Positions 39,484-49,760 of a stretch of 64,000 nt of DNA are shown one piece after another (positions within the stretch are counted from its first letter, which is position 1; every line of letters begins with the position of its first letter). A program made the translations under genes and the position numbers. The stretch is taken from the IMG/VR virus record IMGVR_UViG_3300033068_001957, positions 96,189-160,188 of that record, one strand, 5' to 3'. Source of the stretch: a virus. Lineage: Duplodnaviria > Caudoviricetes. The notes beneath the pieces were generated by a model. That model was not told the DNA's origin. It did not search any database and saw only the letters and a list, made by a program, of their open reading frames with translations.

Positions 39484-39846
39484 GTGTTTTTGGTATTTGA
39501 ATTATTTTGTTGGGATTTTAATTGTTGCGATTATTTCTTTGAGATTTGTGCCTCGGGCAATTTTGAGGTAGTAAGGCATTAGCTTCGTCTCTATAAGATA
39601 TTCGTGAGAAAGAAATAGTTGTCGAGCAAAAAAGAATTCCTCTCTTTTTTTCACCTTAGACTTATTTAAATCTTTTAAGTCTTCGTAAACACTGAATCCT
39701 TCGTTTAGCCTTTCTGATTTTATAGTAAAGCATTTTTCCAAGTTGCCATTATGATAATTTTTATAACCACTATCTTCGATAGTAAAACCTAATTTTGGTG
39801 AGTTCCTTTTCTGTCATTTTGTATTATAGGTTAGATTTTTAGATTG

Positions 39847-40221
39847 TCAAGCAAGAAGTTCTTTATTCTCATAAATATTACCAACGACAAGATAATCTTC
39901 TAGAATGTCTGGCGTCAGACTATGCGTATGATCGTATAGCGGCCCATCGCCATCAATCATAAAAGTTCCAGCGGCGAAATAAATTTGACCACAAAATCCA
40001 ACGCCATCAATTAACTGCTCTTGAACGATGTCTCCAGAATAAACGTCTTTACCATTTCTATCCTTCAATCCGCTCCACTGATTGATTATAAGAAGCTTGT
40101 CTTCCCCGTTGAAGATTTCTGATGGAATAACGCTTGGGTTTTTAAACAGTTCGTCCATGTCATAGTAGAATTTTTCAAACCCCACGGCGCTTTCCCAGAC
40201 TCTAAATTTTAGGTTGTTCAT
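39847..40221 (-). CDS. YopX family protein
   Basis: LKFRVW...QWSGLKDRNGKDVYSGDIV...VGNIYEN. Confidence 0.9.
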   Translation of the reverse strand: MNNLKFRVWESAVGFEKFYYDMDELFKNPSVIPSEIFNGEDKLLIINQWSGLKDRNGKDVYSGDIVQEQLIDGVGFCGQIYFAAGTFMIDGDGPLYDHTHSLTPDILEDYLVVGNIYENKELLA

Positions 40222-41018
40222 ATTGGACTTCCATCATAAACCTTAATAGTTGTTCGTCAAGCCAAATTTTAGCATTTTCTTGGGCCTCTTCGACAGTTTC
40301 GCCGCCAGCTATTCCTTCCATTTCGTTTCCCTCCCTGTCGTACATTTCGACATTGTAGTAATTTTCTCCGTTGTTAATTACGGCGAGAGTTTGATCGCTC
40401 CAAATACGGCAGTAGGTTTCGGCATTATAATAATGGCAATCGTCGGGTTCCCAGTTTAGGTTTAGTTTGTAGGTTTTCATATTATCTCCAGTCAATAATT
40501 TCGCAATCTTCTTGATCAAATGTGGCCAAATATTCGTGGCCGTCCAAATTCTTTACCCATCCTTGGTAAAAGGCCATGAGACTATACTCTCCGTCATCGA
40601 AATTGTCAACGGTAAATTCATATCCCTCTGGTAGATTATATACGGGGCGGGGTTGTTTTAATTTGACGGTCATATTATTTAAAAGCTTTAGTGCATTGTT
40701 TTTCTGTGATTCCCAACTTGAAGAAGAAATCTTTTAGTGGAATTGACCCGCCAGAAATCCCAACCATAGAATCAAACCAGCCGCCGATTCTTAGTTCGTT
40801 TCTGGATTTGATATAAGTGATGTCAATACCCGCGTGCGTGGCATTTTCGGGGAGGTAAATGGTTTTGGGTTTGTTATTTTTCATGTTACTCTCTCCATGA
40901 ATAGGGCTTGGAGTAAGTATCGCATCTAAAAGATGGTGCGGGCGGTTGATCGTTTTTATTCATCTTTTTCGATTTAGGCTTTTTAGCTCGGCGCTTCTTT
41001 TCGAGAATTGGCATGTAA

Positions 41019-41840
41019 TTATTTTGCATTTTTGTATAGTTTTAAATCCGTCAGGCAAAGGTGATACCCAAATTTACCCTGTTTTAGCATGTTATCAACA
41101 GTATGTTTCGTGCCGCCGTCTTTTACTTCGTTTTTGTGGCCGAAAGTCATGGCTAAAAACAAATCCGCCTCATTAGCTACGAGAATGTTTCTATCTAAGA
41201 ATCCGCCGCTAGAGATAATCTCGGCATTTTTAACATCATCGAAATCTGTGCAATCTGGAACTTTTTCAAAAAACCTTTGGTGATAATATTTCGCCGTTTC
41301 TACGTCCTTTTCTTTGGCGGGCAGAAATATCTTCTTGGGTAAATCGCTTTCGTGCATCGAAAAATCTGCCCAAGCTGCGCCGCCAGAGACAAGGTGAGTG
41401 ACGCGCTCTAATTCGATAACCTTTTTTGCGGCCAAGATCATTTGTTGGTAATGATTGGCTGTTAATTTATTATAGTCCTCGCCACGGCCAGCAGTTCCTA
41501 TGATTGCGAGCGTTATTTTTTTATCAACGCTTTTGTTCGCCCGCTCAATTAGTATTCTTCCGTGGCAATCTTCTTTTGGATAATTGCACCAGCAACCAAT
41601 AGTTTCAGCCTCTCGAATAAGATGAATATTGTCGAGAATCCATTGTCGGCGTTCGGGAGTGGCGTCTTTATTGCCGAAAGATTTGCGCGATTCTAGCCAG
41701 TTGTCCATCTTTTGGATAACAGTTTGTCTATCTCCGTCTTTACCTATAACAAATGGATTTCCAAATCTCCATTCTTGGCCAGCTTTGGGCCTGCCGACGT
41801 AAAGACTGTGCGGATTTTTACAATGGACGATTTTAGGCAT
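41019..41840 (-). CDS. DUF4326 domain fused to a SLOG-superfamily domain
   Basis: N-terminal YVGRP..FGNPF..GCWC..CHG; C-terminal AIIGTAGR, VSGGAAWAD, RNILVA, GGTKHT. Confidence 0.8.
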   Translation of the reverse strand: MPKIVHCKNPHSLYVGRPKAGQEWRFGNPFVIGKDGDRQTVIQKMDNWLESRKSFGNKDATPERRQWILDNIHLIREAETIGCWCNYPKEDCHGRILIERANKSVDKKITLAIIGTAGRGEDYNKLTANHYQQMILAAKKVIELERVTHLVSGGAAWADFSMHESDLPKKIFLPAKEKDVETAKYYHQRFFEKVPDCTDFDDVKNAEIISSGGFLDRNILVANEADLFLAMTFGHKNEVKDGGTKHTVDNMLKQGKFGYHLCLTDLKLYKNAK

Positions 41841-43128
41841 GTAATTCTTTGTTCTTTTCTCTAATTGCTAATTCAATACAGTGATTCTCGAAGTCTGCGG
41901 CAACCATATTATCGCACTCGCGAACGCTTTTGTCAATCTCTAAAGGCCAGTCACGCAAAATATTTTCAGCAATGAATCGCCGCCCCTCTTCGCATAATGG
42001 GCCGACTTCTATTTTTGCATCCAAACGTCCAGAGCGCGTTAAAGCCTCGTCTAACTTTTCTGGATGATTGGTGGTCAATACCACAAATGCTCCAGACGCA
42101 CTTTTCACCCCGCCGATAGCATTAATGAAGGTGTCGAAACACAATAATTGCTTCGTATGAGTTCCCGCCGCAAGCAAATTGGTTCGGCCCTCCATCACAC
42201 TTTCGACATCCTCTATCAGAATAATATGTCCATCCCCCGATTCTCGCTCGAAAGCTTTTGAGAACTCGGAATTGCTCATGTTGGAAATATTTAATCTAAA
42301 CACTGGCAACCCATGCTTTTCGGCGCATTTGACAACAAGTTTGGACTTCCCGCTTCCAGCCTTGCCCCATAATAATGCGCCGCGCCTCCAGCTTAAACCG
42401 CGCTCTCTATACCACGTTCTGTTTGAGAGCCAGAAATTTATTTCGCCGTCTAATTGGAGGGCTTCTTTGGACCAAAAATAGTCTTTTTCTTTCTTTTCTT
42501 CTTGTTTATCGGCCTCCACGCCAGAATAATCAACGCCAAAATATACCGCCTTTTGTTTTAAGGAGTATGTGCGCGAAAATATTCCTCGATTATTAGACGA
42601 TGGGTTTTCGACGGCTACTCCAGACGATGTTGGTTGACTTGATTGAGACTTATTGCCAACTTCATCGCTTCCTGAAATGTCGCAAACATAAAAGTTATTT
42701 ACTTTGGCCGAGTAAATTTCGATGTTTTTGTTGAATTCTTTTTTGTTTATTTTCTCAAGAATCTCCTTCATGGGGAAAGTTCCTACTATATAGGTAACGG
42801 TTAGTCCATATTCTCCACTTTCCGCCAAGATAATTGGCCGCTTCTTATAGAGCGCGGGATAGCTTTTGAAATAGCAAAACAACAGATTCGCCCAAAGTTT
42901 ATGGCGCGGGAAGAATTTGTTTTCTGATAAGTAAGTGTTGTTTCCCCACTTGATTAATTTTGTGTCGGGCAAAATCTCCTGCAAGAATGCCTCTGCCACA
43001 TTTGAGTGCGGAATTGTATCGCATCTGACGACTAATGAAAATACTCTAACAAGAAAGCCCTTAATTTGCTGCCAGAATGCTACGAGTGAGCCAGCAGCGG
43101 CGAATAGTGTGAAATTTTGGAGGTCCAT
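41833..43128 (-). CDS. membrane-anchored AAA+ ATPase (BCS1-like)
   Basis: WRRGALLWGKAGSGKS, ILIEDVE, TTNHPEKLDEALTRSGRLD. Confidence 0.85.
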   Translation of the reverse strand: MDLQNFTLFAAAGSLVAFWQQIKGFLVRVFSLVVRCDTIPHSNVAEAFLQEILPDTKLIKWGNNTYLSENKFFPRHKLWANLLFCYFKSYPALYKKRPIILAESGEYGLTVTYIVGTFPMKEILEKINKKEFNKNIEIYSAKVNNFYVCDISGSDEVGNKSQSSQPTSSGVAVENPSSNNRGIFSRTYSLKQKAVYFGVDYSGVEADKQEEKKEKDYFWSKEALQLDGEINFWLSNRTWYRERGLSWRRGALLWGKAGSGKSKLVVKCAEKHGLPVFRLNISNMSNSEFSKAFERESGDGHIILIEDVESVMEGRTNLLAAGTHTKQLLCFDTFINAIGGVKSASGAFVVLTTNHPEKLDEALTRSGRLDAKIEVGPLCEEGRRFIAENILRDWPLEIDKSVRECDNMVAADFENHCIELAIREKNKELHA

Positions 43129-43645
43129 TAATTGTCGAAGGGGTTTTTTGCGATTGGAATGTTGTTTCTTTTAAGCCATGTTAGCCATGACATTTTTGTT
43201 TTCTTTTCTAGGCGAAAATAGGCGTGAGTCATTACTGTAATGGCTTCTTGCTCTGGCATCGCCCGCAAACTAGCGATTGCCGAGGTTACATAGCCTAGCG
43301 TGTTGTTTTTATATGCCCACCATTGATAGAGTTCGTCGGTGAATCTAGTGTTGCCATGTTTTTGGCAGATGGCGCGGTAGAGTTCCCAAGCGGAGATATG
43401 ATTGGTGGAGATTTTTCTACTCATGCGTTTGAAATATACTTTGCACCTTCAAGCCTTTCTCGTCAAGCGAAATCGTATATGCTTCATCGTTAAAGATAAA
43501 ATCCCACAACTTGGACATCTCGTTTGCCTTTAAAGGCGGCAATAACTGCACGACTTCATTATAAGCCCTTAACTGGCGGTCTTGTAATTCTTGGATTGTT
43601 TTCTGGCAATCTTCGATTAGTTGAATTTGTTCGGGGGAGAATTTG

Positions 43646-44047
43646 TTATTTAATGATTCCGTGAGCATGTTCATTTATTGAGAATATGATTTTTTTGGGG
43701 TTTAATTTTCGCAAAACAGCAAGACAGTTTTTGCATGGTTGTGCCATCGCTACATTTCCTTGATTGTCTATCCTAACATTCACCATTGTAAAATTCTTAG
43801 GGATTTTCTTAAGGCGATTTAAACTTTCAGTTTCACTGTGCCTACAGGGTTTGTAATTTTTGCCGCCGCGTGTCGGAGGATATTCGCCGAATTTATGCGC
43901 AAGATGTTCGTGCTTATAGGTATTAAATCCAATAGAAAGAAGTCTCGGCCCATCATAGAGAAAACTCGCATGGAAATTTTTGCCGTCTTGCATCTTGGGT
44001 TTAAGAGAGCGGGTAATTTCTATGCACCTTTTGAGTTTCTTCGACAT
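43646..44047 (-). CDS. zinc-dependent cytidine/deoxycytidylate deaminase-like protein
   Basis: HSE...AQPCKNC motif. Confidence 0.8.
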   Translation of the reverse strand: MSKKLKRCIEITRSLKPKMQDGKNFHASFLYDGPRLLSIGFNTYKHEHLAHKFGEYPPTRGGKNYKPCRHSETESLNRLKKIPKNFTMVNVRIDNQGNVAMAQPCKNCLAVLRKLNPKKIIFSINEHAHGIIK

Positions 44048-44620
44048 TTGCTAATCTAGCATAAGAATTATTGGTTGTCAACATTTGATGCCTAAGTTTT
44101 TCGGCCATGACTGGATGACAGATGATTTGATTATTTAGAAGGTAATATTGAGGATCGGGTTTGGTTTTCCAGTTGGTTTGGTCTTTTTCCCACTTTTTCC
44201 TTATGCGGCGGCGTTTGCTTTTGGGGAAGCGGTATTGGTAGCGAATGATAAGGGTTTTGGATTCGATGATTTTGAAGCCGCAGAGATTGTTCATTTGTAT
44301 TCTGCGGTTATTTTCCACCAACGGTCAGGCACTCTCTTGGTATCATAATAGCTTTTCATACTACCCTTTAAAAGGCCAAAGATTTCGCCGCCATCCGTTA
44401 GTCCAAAAAACAAATATTCTGGGTCGTTTGATGGGCAAATTTGGATGAATTTTGGTGGTTCTTTCATTTTTTGTATGCAGCGAGCGCGAGAAAAATATTA
44501 GCAAGGCTATAAGAAAACCACATTCCACACCACGCCCATTCCTTTTGGCGGGCGAAATCTATTGCCGTAATTAAATAAAGCAGAGATACAATGGGCGGAA
44601 GATAGTCTTTAATAGTCATT

Positions 44621-45244
44621 TTATGATTTTAATTCTGAGAATTTACAATCGCCCGCTTCCTTAGATAAATGAATCGCCGCATATGAAAATCCGCTGCTGG
44701 GCCACTCAACGGGCTTTTCCACCCATACGACTTCGCGGAAATGAAATCCCGCCTGTAAGATGTCTCGCTTTCTTGCTTTTAGTCCCAACAGATGGTTTGA
44801 GGGACAAAGGAAAACAATATTGTTTGCTACTTGCATTGATTTAATTAGAAATTTGCGAATCTTGGAGAACGGCGGATTTGTAATGAGCCACGAATAATTG
44901 TAGCTCGTTAAATCGGCTAAAAGAAAATCTTTACCCTTCGAAATTTCAAACTCGTCTGGCAATGGTTCTCCATCTGGAATAACAGAACGCATTGCATCCC
45001 AAAACGCTCCATCCCCCGAACATGGTTCGAGCATCAAGCCGCTTGGGTTAAAATATCTGACGATATCTAGCGCCAATTTCGGCGGCGTCATAATATTATC
45101 GTTCCCGCCTTTAGGGATTAATGATCGCTTTTTTAATGGGTTCGTTTCAAGAAAATCTATGAATAATTCAATAATCGGAGCATTTTCGTCTGGCGAGAAT
45201 AGACGGTTTACCTTGCGGATGTCTTTTGTTGAGTATTTAATCAT
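44621..45244 (-). CDS. orphan amino (N6-adenine) DNA methyltransferase
   Basis: Motif I LEPCSGDGAF, motif IV TNPPF. Confidence 0.85.
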   Translation of the reverse strand: MIKYSTKDIRKVNRLFSPDENAPIIELFIDFLETNPLKKRSLIPKGGNDNIMTPPKLALDIVRYFNPSGLMLEPCSGDGAFWDAMRSVIPDGEPLPDEFEISKGKDFLLADLTSYNYSWLITNPPFSKIRKFLIKSMQVANNIVFLCPSNHLLGLKARKRDILQAGFHFREVVWVEKPVEWPSSGFSYAAIHLSKEAGDCKFSELKS

Positions 45245-45285
45245 TTGGTAATCGTGTAATCTACCTTAAGGAATACGTTTGTCAA

Positions 45286-46173
45286 ATGATTTTTATAAAA
45301 AGCCAAAATTGTCCCATTTTTCTTAATCTTTTGGCCGAAAATACCGCGCCAAATACGGGAAGTCATTTTTTTGCGGCGAAAACGGTTTCTTTTTCTACCG
45401 ACGCCCAATTAGAGGCGTCGAAAACCTTTGGTTCTCCTCGGGTATCCAATGATTACGGCATTGCTGGAGCACAACAGGGGAAGTTGAGTTTCGAGGCGTA
45501 TTTATTGATTGGCGACAATTCTTTCTTGGACGCAAATAATCAGATGGCGCTGATTACTGGCATGACTGGAGATTTTGTTTCGGGTCACCAGTGCAGGCTT
45601 GGCAATTTCCTCTTGAAACAATGTTATCTTTCTAGTTTAAGCTTGCAGATTTCGCCGCAAGAACCTGCAACCGTGAAGGCTGGGTTCGATTGCTTTGATT
45701 TATCCAGCATAACGGGCCAAACTTTTACGGGCGCGAATATTCAGAATTTCCTGACAACAAACGGGTCTGGCGCTTATTTGGATTCAATTCATGCATTAGC
45801 AATGGGCGTTTCTGGGTCGGGAACATCTCTGCCGCAAAGCAAGTTGGAGATTAACATCAACTATTCATGCACGCGAGAGGCTGTTTACGGATTGGGCGCG
45901 AGTGTTCCATCGACGGTTATACTCACTAATCTCACTAGAGAAACTTCGATCAAAGGAGAATCCGTGGGGGAGATAATTACACATTCGGGCAACAATGCTG
46001 CGCTGAATTTGTCGTTTTCTCCGTTTAGTTCTTTTATTGCGGATAATAATTTTGCCGCGCAGAGTGGATTGTTTGATATTAATATCAATGGTAAGGTGAC
46101 ATCTCAGGCGATGGAAGTTAATCCAGATAACGGTGTCGGTGGGGTCGTAGTTATTCAAGAGTCCTTATATTAG
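45286..46173 (+). CDS. putative virion structural protein (tail tube/hub-like)
   Basis: Beta-rich S/T/G composition, two similar halves, GTGTAA late motif at 45254. Confidence 0.5.
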   Translation: MIFIKSQNCPIFLNLLAENTAPNTGSHFFAAKTVSFSTDAQLEASKTFGSPRVSNDYGIAGAQQGKLSFEAYLLIGDNSFLDANNQMALITGMTGDFVSGHQCRLGNFLLKQCYLSSLSLQISPQEPATVKAGFDCFDLSSITGQTFTGANIQNFLTTNGSGAYLDSIHALAMGVSGSGTSLPQSKLEININYSCTREAVYGLGASVPSTVILTNLTRETSIKGESVGEIITHSGNNAALNLSFSPFSSFIADNNFAAQSGLFDININGKVTSQAMEVNPDNGVGGVVVIQESLY

Positions 46174-46215
46174 AAGTTTTATAGTTATTTTGGGTTTTTG
46201 GTTGTAATATAGTAT

Positions 46216-46967
46216 ATGCCACTCAAAAAACGCGCTAAGCTGGCCAAGGTAGAGACTCAATCGTTCATCGGGGGTAGAATTGATTTCAAACAAAAGGAGT
46301 TTAATTTTACCGAAAAACAACAAGAAATTTTAAAATGTCTATTAGATGAAGATACAAAAATGGTATTTTTGTCTGGGTGCTCTGGAACAAGCAAGAGCTA
46401 TTTGGCAATCTATGCGGCCCTTCATCTTCTCGAAAGAGACTGGACTAAAGATATCTTATACGTTCGCACTATCCAAGAATCTGGCTCCAAGAATCTGGCT
46501 CTAAGAGTTTGGGAAGCCTTCCTGGTGAAGTTGGATCAAAATTTGGCCCCTTTCAGATTCCATTGGAAGAAAAGTGTCAAGAAATTCTCAGCGACTCCTC
46601 AACGAAAGAACTTTTCTCGAAAGGAAAGCTTCAAGCAATTCCCGTTAACTATCTTCGCGGGTTGAGTTGGAATAATAAAGTTGTAATTTTTGACGAGTGC
46701 CAGAACGCAGTACTCAAGGAAATAATCACATGCGTCACAAGAGCGGGTAAAAACACCAAGATTATTTTCGCTGGAGACAATGCGCAGATTGATTTAGCCG
46801 CAGACAAGTCTGGATTCGCCGATTTTATCAAAGCTTTTTCAGACCAAGAGGCTAGAGACAGGGGTATTTTTCATTTTCATTTTACCAAGGACGATATTCT
46901 GAGATCAGAAATCCTCAAGTTTATTATAGAAAGAATCGAGTCAATTCCTCGCCCAACCCATAAATAA
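46216..46967 (+). pseudogene. phoH: PhoH-like ATPase frameshifted by a 14-bp tandem duplication
   Basis: GCSGTSKS in ORF1; LRGLSW, FDECQN, TRAG, GD-AQID in ORF2. TCCAAGAATCTGGC is duplicated at 46472-46499. Confidence 0.9.
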
Positions 46968-47005
46968 TCTAGGAAATTTTCCTAATCTTCCTGTAACTTA
47001 TTAAT

Positions 47006-47677
47006 ATGGTTGCGGATCAAGAACTTATTACCCTAATTACTCAGCTAGTTATTGGGATTTCTACTGTTTTATTGACGATTTTTAAGTACAGGGAGTTCTT
47101 GGGATTCCTTTGGAAGGCGGCGAAAATCTTGTGGAAACCCATCCAAGAAGTAATCGACTGGATTAAACTCGCCCATAAAATCGAAGCCGCACAATCTAGA
47201 AATGACGGCGAAATCCTTGGATTAAAGAGCACGCTCGATGATTTAAACAAATTTGTGCGCGAAAAGTTGAGTTATAATGGCGGAAGTTCGCCCGTAGATG
47301 CTATTCGCCGCATAGAAAACCGCCAAATCGCCACTGAGAGTCGTCAAATAGCCTTATTAAATGATTCTAAACTTGGTTTTTTCTTCTGCGATACGCATTC
47401 GCGCATTTCTTGGGCAAATAGAACATTTGCCCGTTTCTTGGACTGTGGAACTAACGAACTCATTGGTTTTGCATGGCGCAAGTTTATCAAAACAGAAGAA
47501 TTGGCGCGATATTCTAGAATCTTAGAGGCCGCGTTTAAAGATGGTTGTGAGTTTGAAGAAACGGTAGAGTTCGTCAATGCTCATGGGAATAGAGTGTCTT
47601 TGCATATTAGTTTTTCCGCCGTATTGAACGAAAAGAACGAAACGATCAGCTATATTGGTCAAGTCATAGCGTTATAA
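47006..47677 (+). CDS. membrane protein with coiled coil and C-terminal PAS domain
   Basis: N-terminal TM helix; FFCD-HSRISWANRTFARFLD...ELIGFAW...YIGQV PAS pattern. Confidence 0.8.
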   Translation: MVADQELITLITQLVIGISTVLLTIFKYREFLGFLWKAAKILWKPIQEVIDWIKLAHKIEAAQSRNDGEILGLKSTLDDLNKFVREKLSYNGGSSPVDAIRRIENRQIATESRQIALLNDSKLGFFFCDTHSRISWANRTFARFLDCGTNELIGFAWRKFIKTEELARYSRILEAAFKDGCEFEETVEFVNAHGNRVSLHISFSAVLNEKNETISYIGQVIAL

Positions 47678-47712
47678 TTGTAACAAGTGTAATTAGCTTG
47701 TTATTATTAATT

Positions 47713-48000
47713 ATGGCTAAATACTGTCCTAACTGTGGAACGCCCTCGGCTTCCGCCACCTCCAAGTTTTGTGGTTCTTGCGGACATCCGCTGGACGCCA
47801 TGACTAAACCAGCAAAAGCATCTAAAGCTTCTGTCGAAGATGACCCCGATGGCAGCGATATTACAGAACTACCAGATATTACTGCTTTATCCGTAGTCGC
47901 GGCGATGGATGAAACAGAAGACCGTTTCGGCAAAACCTTTTCTTTTGGTGGCGCGGGTTTTGGGCCGTCTAAATTTAAACCACGCAGTCTATCATTCTAA
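47713..48000 (+). CDS. zinc-ribbon protein
   Basis: YCPNCG...KFCGSCG. Confidence 0.8.
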   Translation: MAKYCPNCGTPSASATSKFCGSCGHPLDAMTKPAKASKASVEDDPDGSDITELPDITALSVVAAMDETEDRFGKTFSFGGAGFGPSKFKPRSLSF

Positions 48001-48683
48001 TGTTGACCTACGAAGAATGCAGCGATTCAATCGAAAAAGAAATTGCCAAGCGGCGCGGTAAATGGACTCTTACCATTCTTCGATGGATGGATTTCGAAGA
48101 TGTAGCTCAAATTCTTCGCGCCCATATCTTTAAGAAGTGGCACCTTTGGGACCAAGAAAGAAAGCTCGCCCCATGGATTCAGCGCATCATGAGCAGGCAG
48201 ATTTACAACCTCTTGCGTAATAACTATACAAATTACGCCCGCCCGTGCATTCAATGCAAGTTTTCGATGGGCGAAGAAGGGTGCGAAAAAACCCCAAGCC
48301 GTGAACAGTGCGCGGAATGCCCCTTATACAAGAAATGGACAGAGAACAAACAGGCAGGCTATCATATCAAAATGCCCTTGGAGCTTGAGAATCACACTCA
48401 GGAAGTCTTCAACAAAATCGACGACACAATCAATTTCAAGGAAACAATGCGCCGCGTTTCTGAGGAGTTGGAAAAGCGTATGAGTAAAAAGAGATTCGCC
48501 GCCTTCAATATCTTGTTTATAGACGGAACCTCAGACGAAGAAGCCATTAAAATCTTAAACATAAAAGAAAACACAAAAAACAAATACGGTCAGAAAAAAC
48601 TACTCACGGCCTTTAAGGACAGCCTCCAAAAAGAGGCCAAGGAAATAATCAAAAACAGCGACATCGCAGAATTTTGGCCCTAA
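48000..48683 (+). CDS. phage RNA polymerase sigma factor (sigma70/ECF-like) with Cys-rich insertion
   Basis: Region 2-like DFEDVAQ...KKWHLWD...LAPWIQRI...NLLR; region 4-like C-terminal HTH. Confidence 0.7.
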   Translation: MLTYEECSDSIEKEIAKRRGKWTLTILRWMDFEDVAQILRAHIFKKWHLWDQERKLAPWIQRIMSRQIYNLLRNNYTNYARPCIQCKFSMGEEGCEKTPSREQCAECPLYKKWTENKQAGYHIKMPLELENHTQEVFNKIDDTINFKETMRRVSEELEKRMSKKRFAAFNILFIDGTSDEEAIKILNIKENTKNKYGQKKLLTAFKDSLQKEAKEIIKNSDIAEFWP

Positions 48684-48686
48684 CAC

Positions 48687-49760
48687 ATGGCTACTCCCCG
48701 CAAAAAAGAATACGTCCTAGACGAAAACCAGAAGCAGCTAATCCTTGATAACTTCAACAAGGGTGTAACCGACGTTAACCTTTTAACAAAAGTTGTCTGC
48801 GGTAATGATAAAAAAGACGGGCGCGATATCGAAGGTATTGCCGTGCGCAAGTTTTTGGTGGCCAGCAAGTTAAATTACAAGACCAAACACAATGCTCCTC
48901 CTGGGCCAGACGTTTCTTTGACGGAAGAAAATAAGCAGCTTATTCGAGACGGGATGACCCAAAATAAGACAACCATTTCCATGGCCCGTGAGATTTTTGG
49001 GCAGGGCGTGAATAATTTGTCGAAAGAATGGCGTGCGGTTTTGTCTTTCATGCGCGAGGAAAATCCCGACTATCGGCCCGACGCGCCTAATGATGCGGGG
49101 AAATATTATGCGCCGAGTGATATTGCTAGAGTGGTTAAGAAGATTAATGAGTCTGTCGGCATTGACTTGAATCCAGAAAAGATTTCGGGAAAGTATAAGC
49201 AGTATGTGGATAAGGTAAAGCAGAACTTAAATTCTTTGCGATTTATTCGAGTTTGTGACTCTTATATTTCTCAAAAGGATAGAGACCTCTTCGAACAACA
49301 ATTCATCGCGTCTACTTGGGATAAGCCAGATTTGAGTGCCGATGAAATTATCCTCTACATTAATCTTTGCAAAGACGTAGTTACGGCAGAGTGTTTGTCG
49401 TTCCATATTTCTACTCTAAACTCATTCTTCGAGGGAATGGAAGACGCTGGAGAATTAACACAGCGCTTTTCGGATACTTTACGCGCAAAAACTGCGGAAT
49501 ATAATGATTGCCAAAATCGCATCGACAAGAGAATCCAAAAGCTCCAAGGAGATAGGTCTAAACGGCTTGAAAGCCAGGGTAAAGACGAAACTAGTTTTAT
49601 AAGCATCGTTCAATTGGCTCAGGATGAACAGGAGCGAAAAAATATGCTTCGCTTGGCAGAACTTCAACGCGCCGCTATCTCAGAAGAGGCAAATCGCCTC
49701 GAAAATATGGAAGAATTTAGATGCCGCATTATGGGGGTTTCCAAGGAAGATGTCATTTAA
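48687..49760 (+). CDS. hypothetical protein (HTH plus coiled coil; terminase small subunit candidate)
   Basis: 357 aa ORF upstream of terL; function inferred from position only. Confidence 0.5.
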   Translation: MATPRKKEYVLDENQKQLILDNFNKGVTDVNLLTKVVCGNDKKDGRDIEGIAVRKFLVASKLNYKTKHNAPPGPDVSLTEENKQLIRDGMTQNKTTISMAREIFGQGVNNLSKEWRAVLSFMREENPDYRPDAPNDAGKYYAPSDIARVVKKINESVGIDLNPEKISGKYKQYVDKVKQNLNSLRFIRVCDSYISQKDRDLFEQQFIASTWDKPDLSADEIILYINLCKDVVTAECLSFHISTLNSFFEGMEDAGELTQRFSDTLRAKTAEYNDCQNRIDKRIQKLQGDRSKRLESQGKDETSFISIVQLAQDEQERKNMLRLAELQRAAISEEANRLENMEEFRCRIMGVSKEDVI

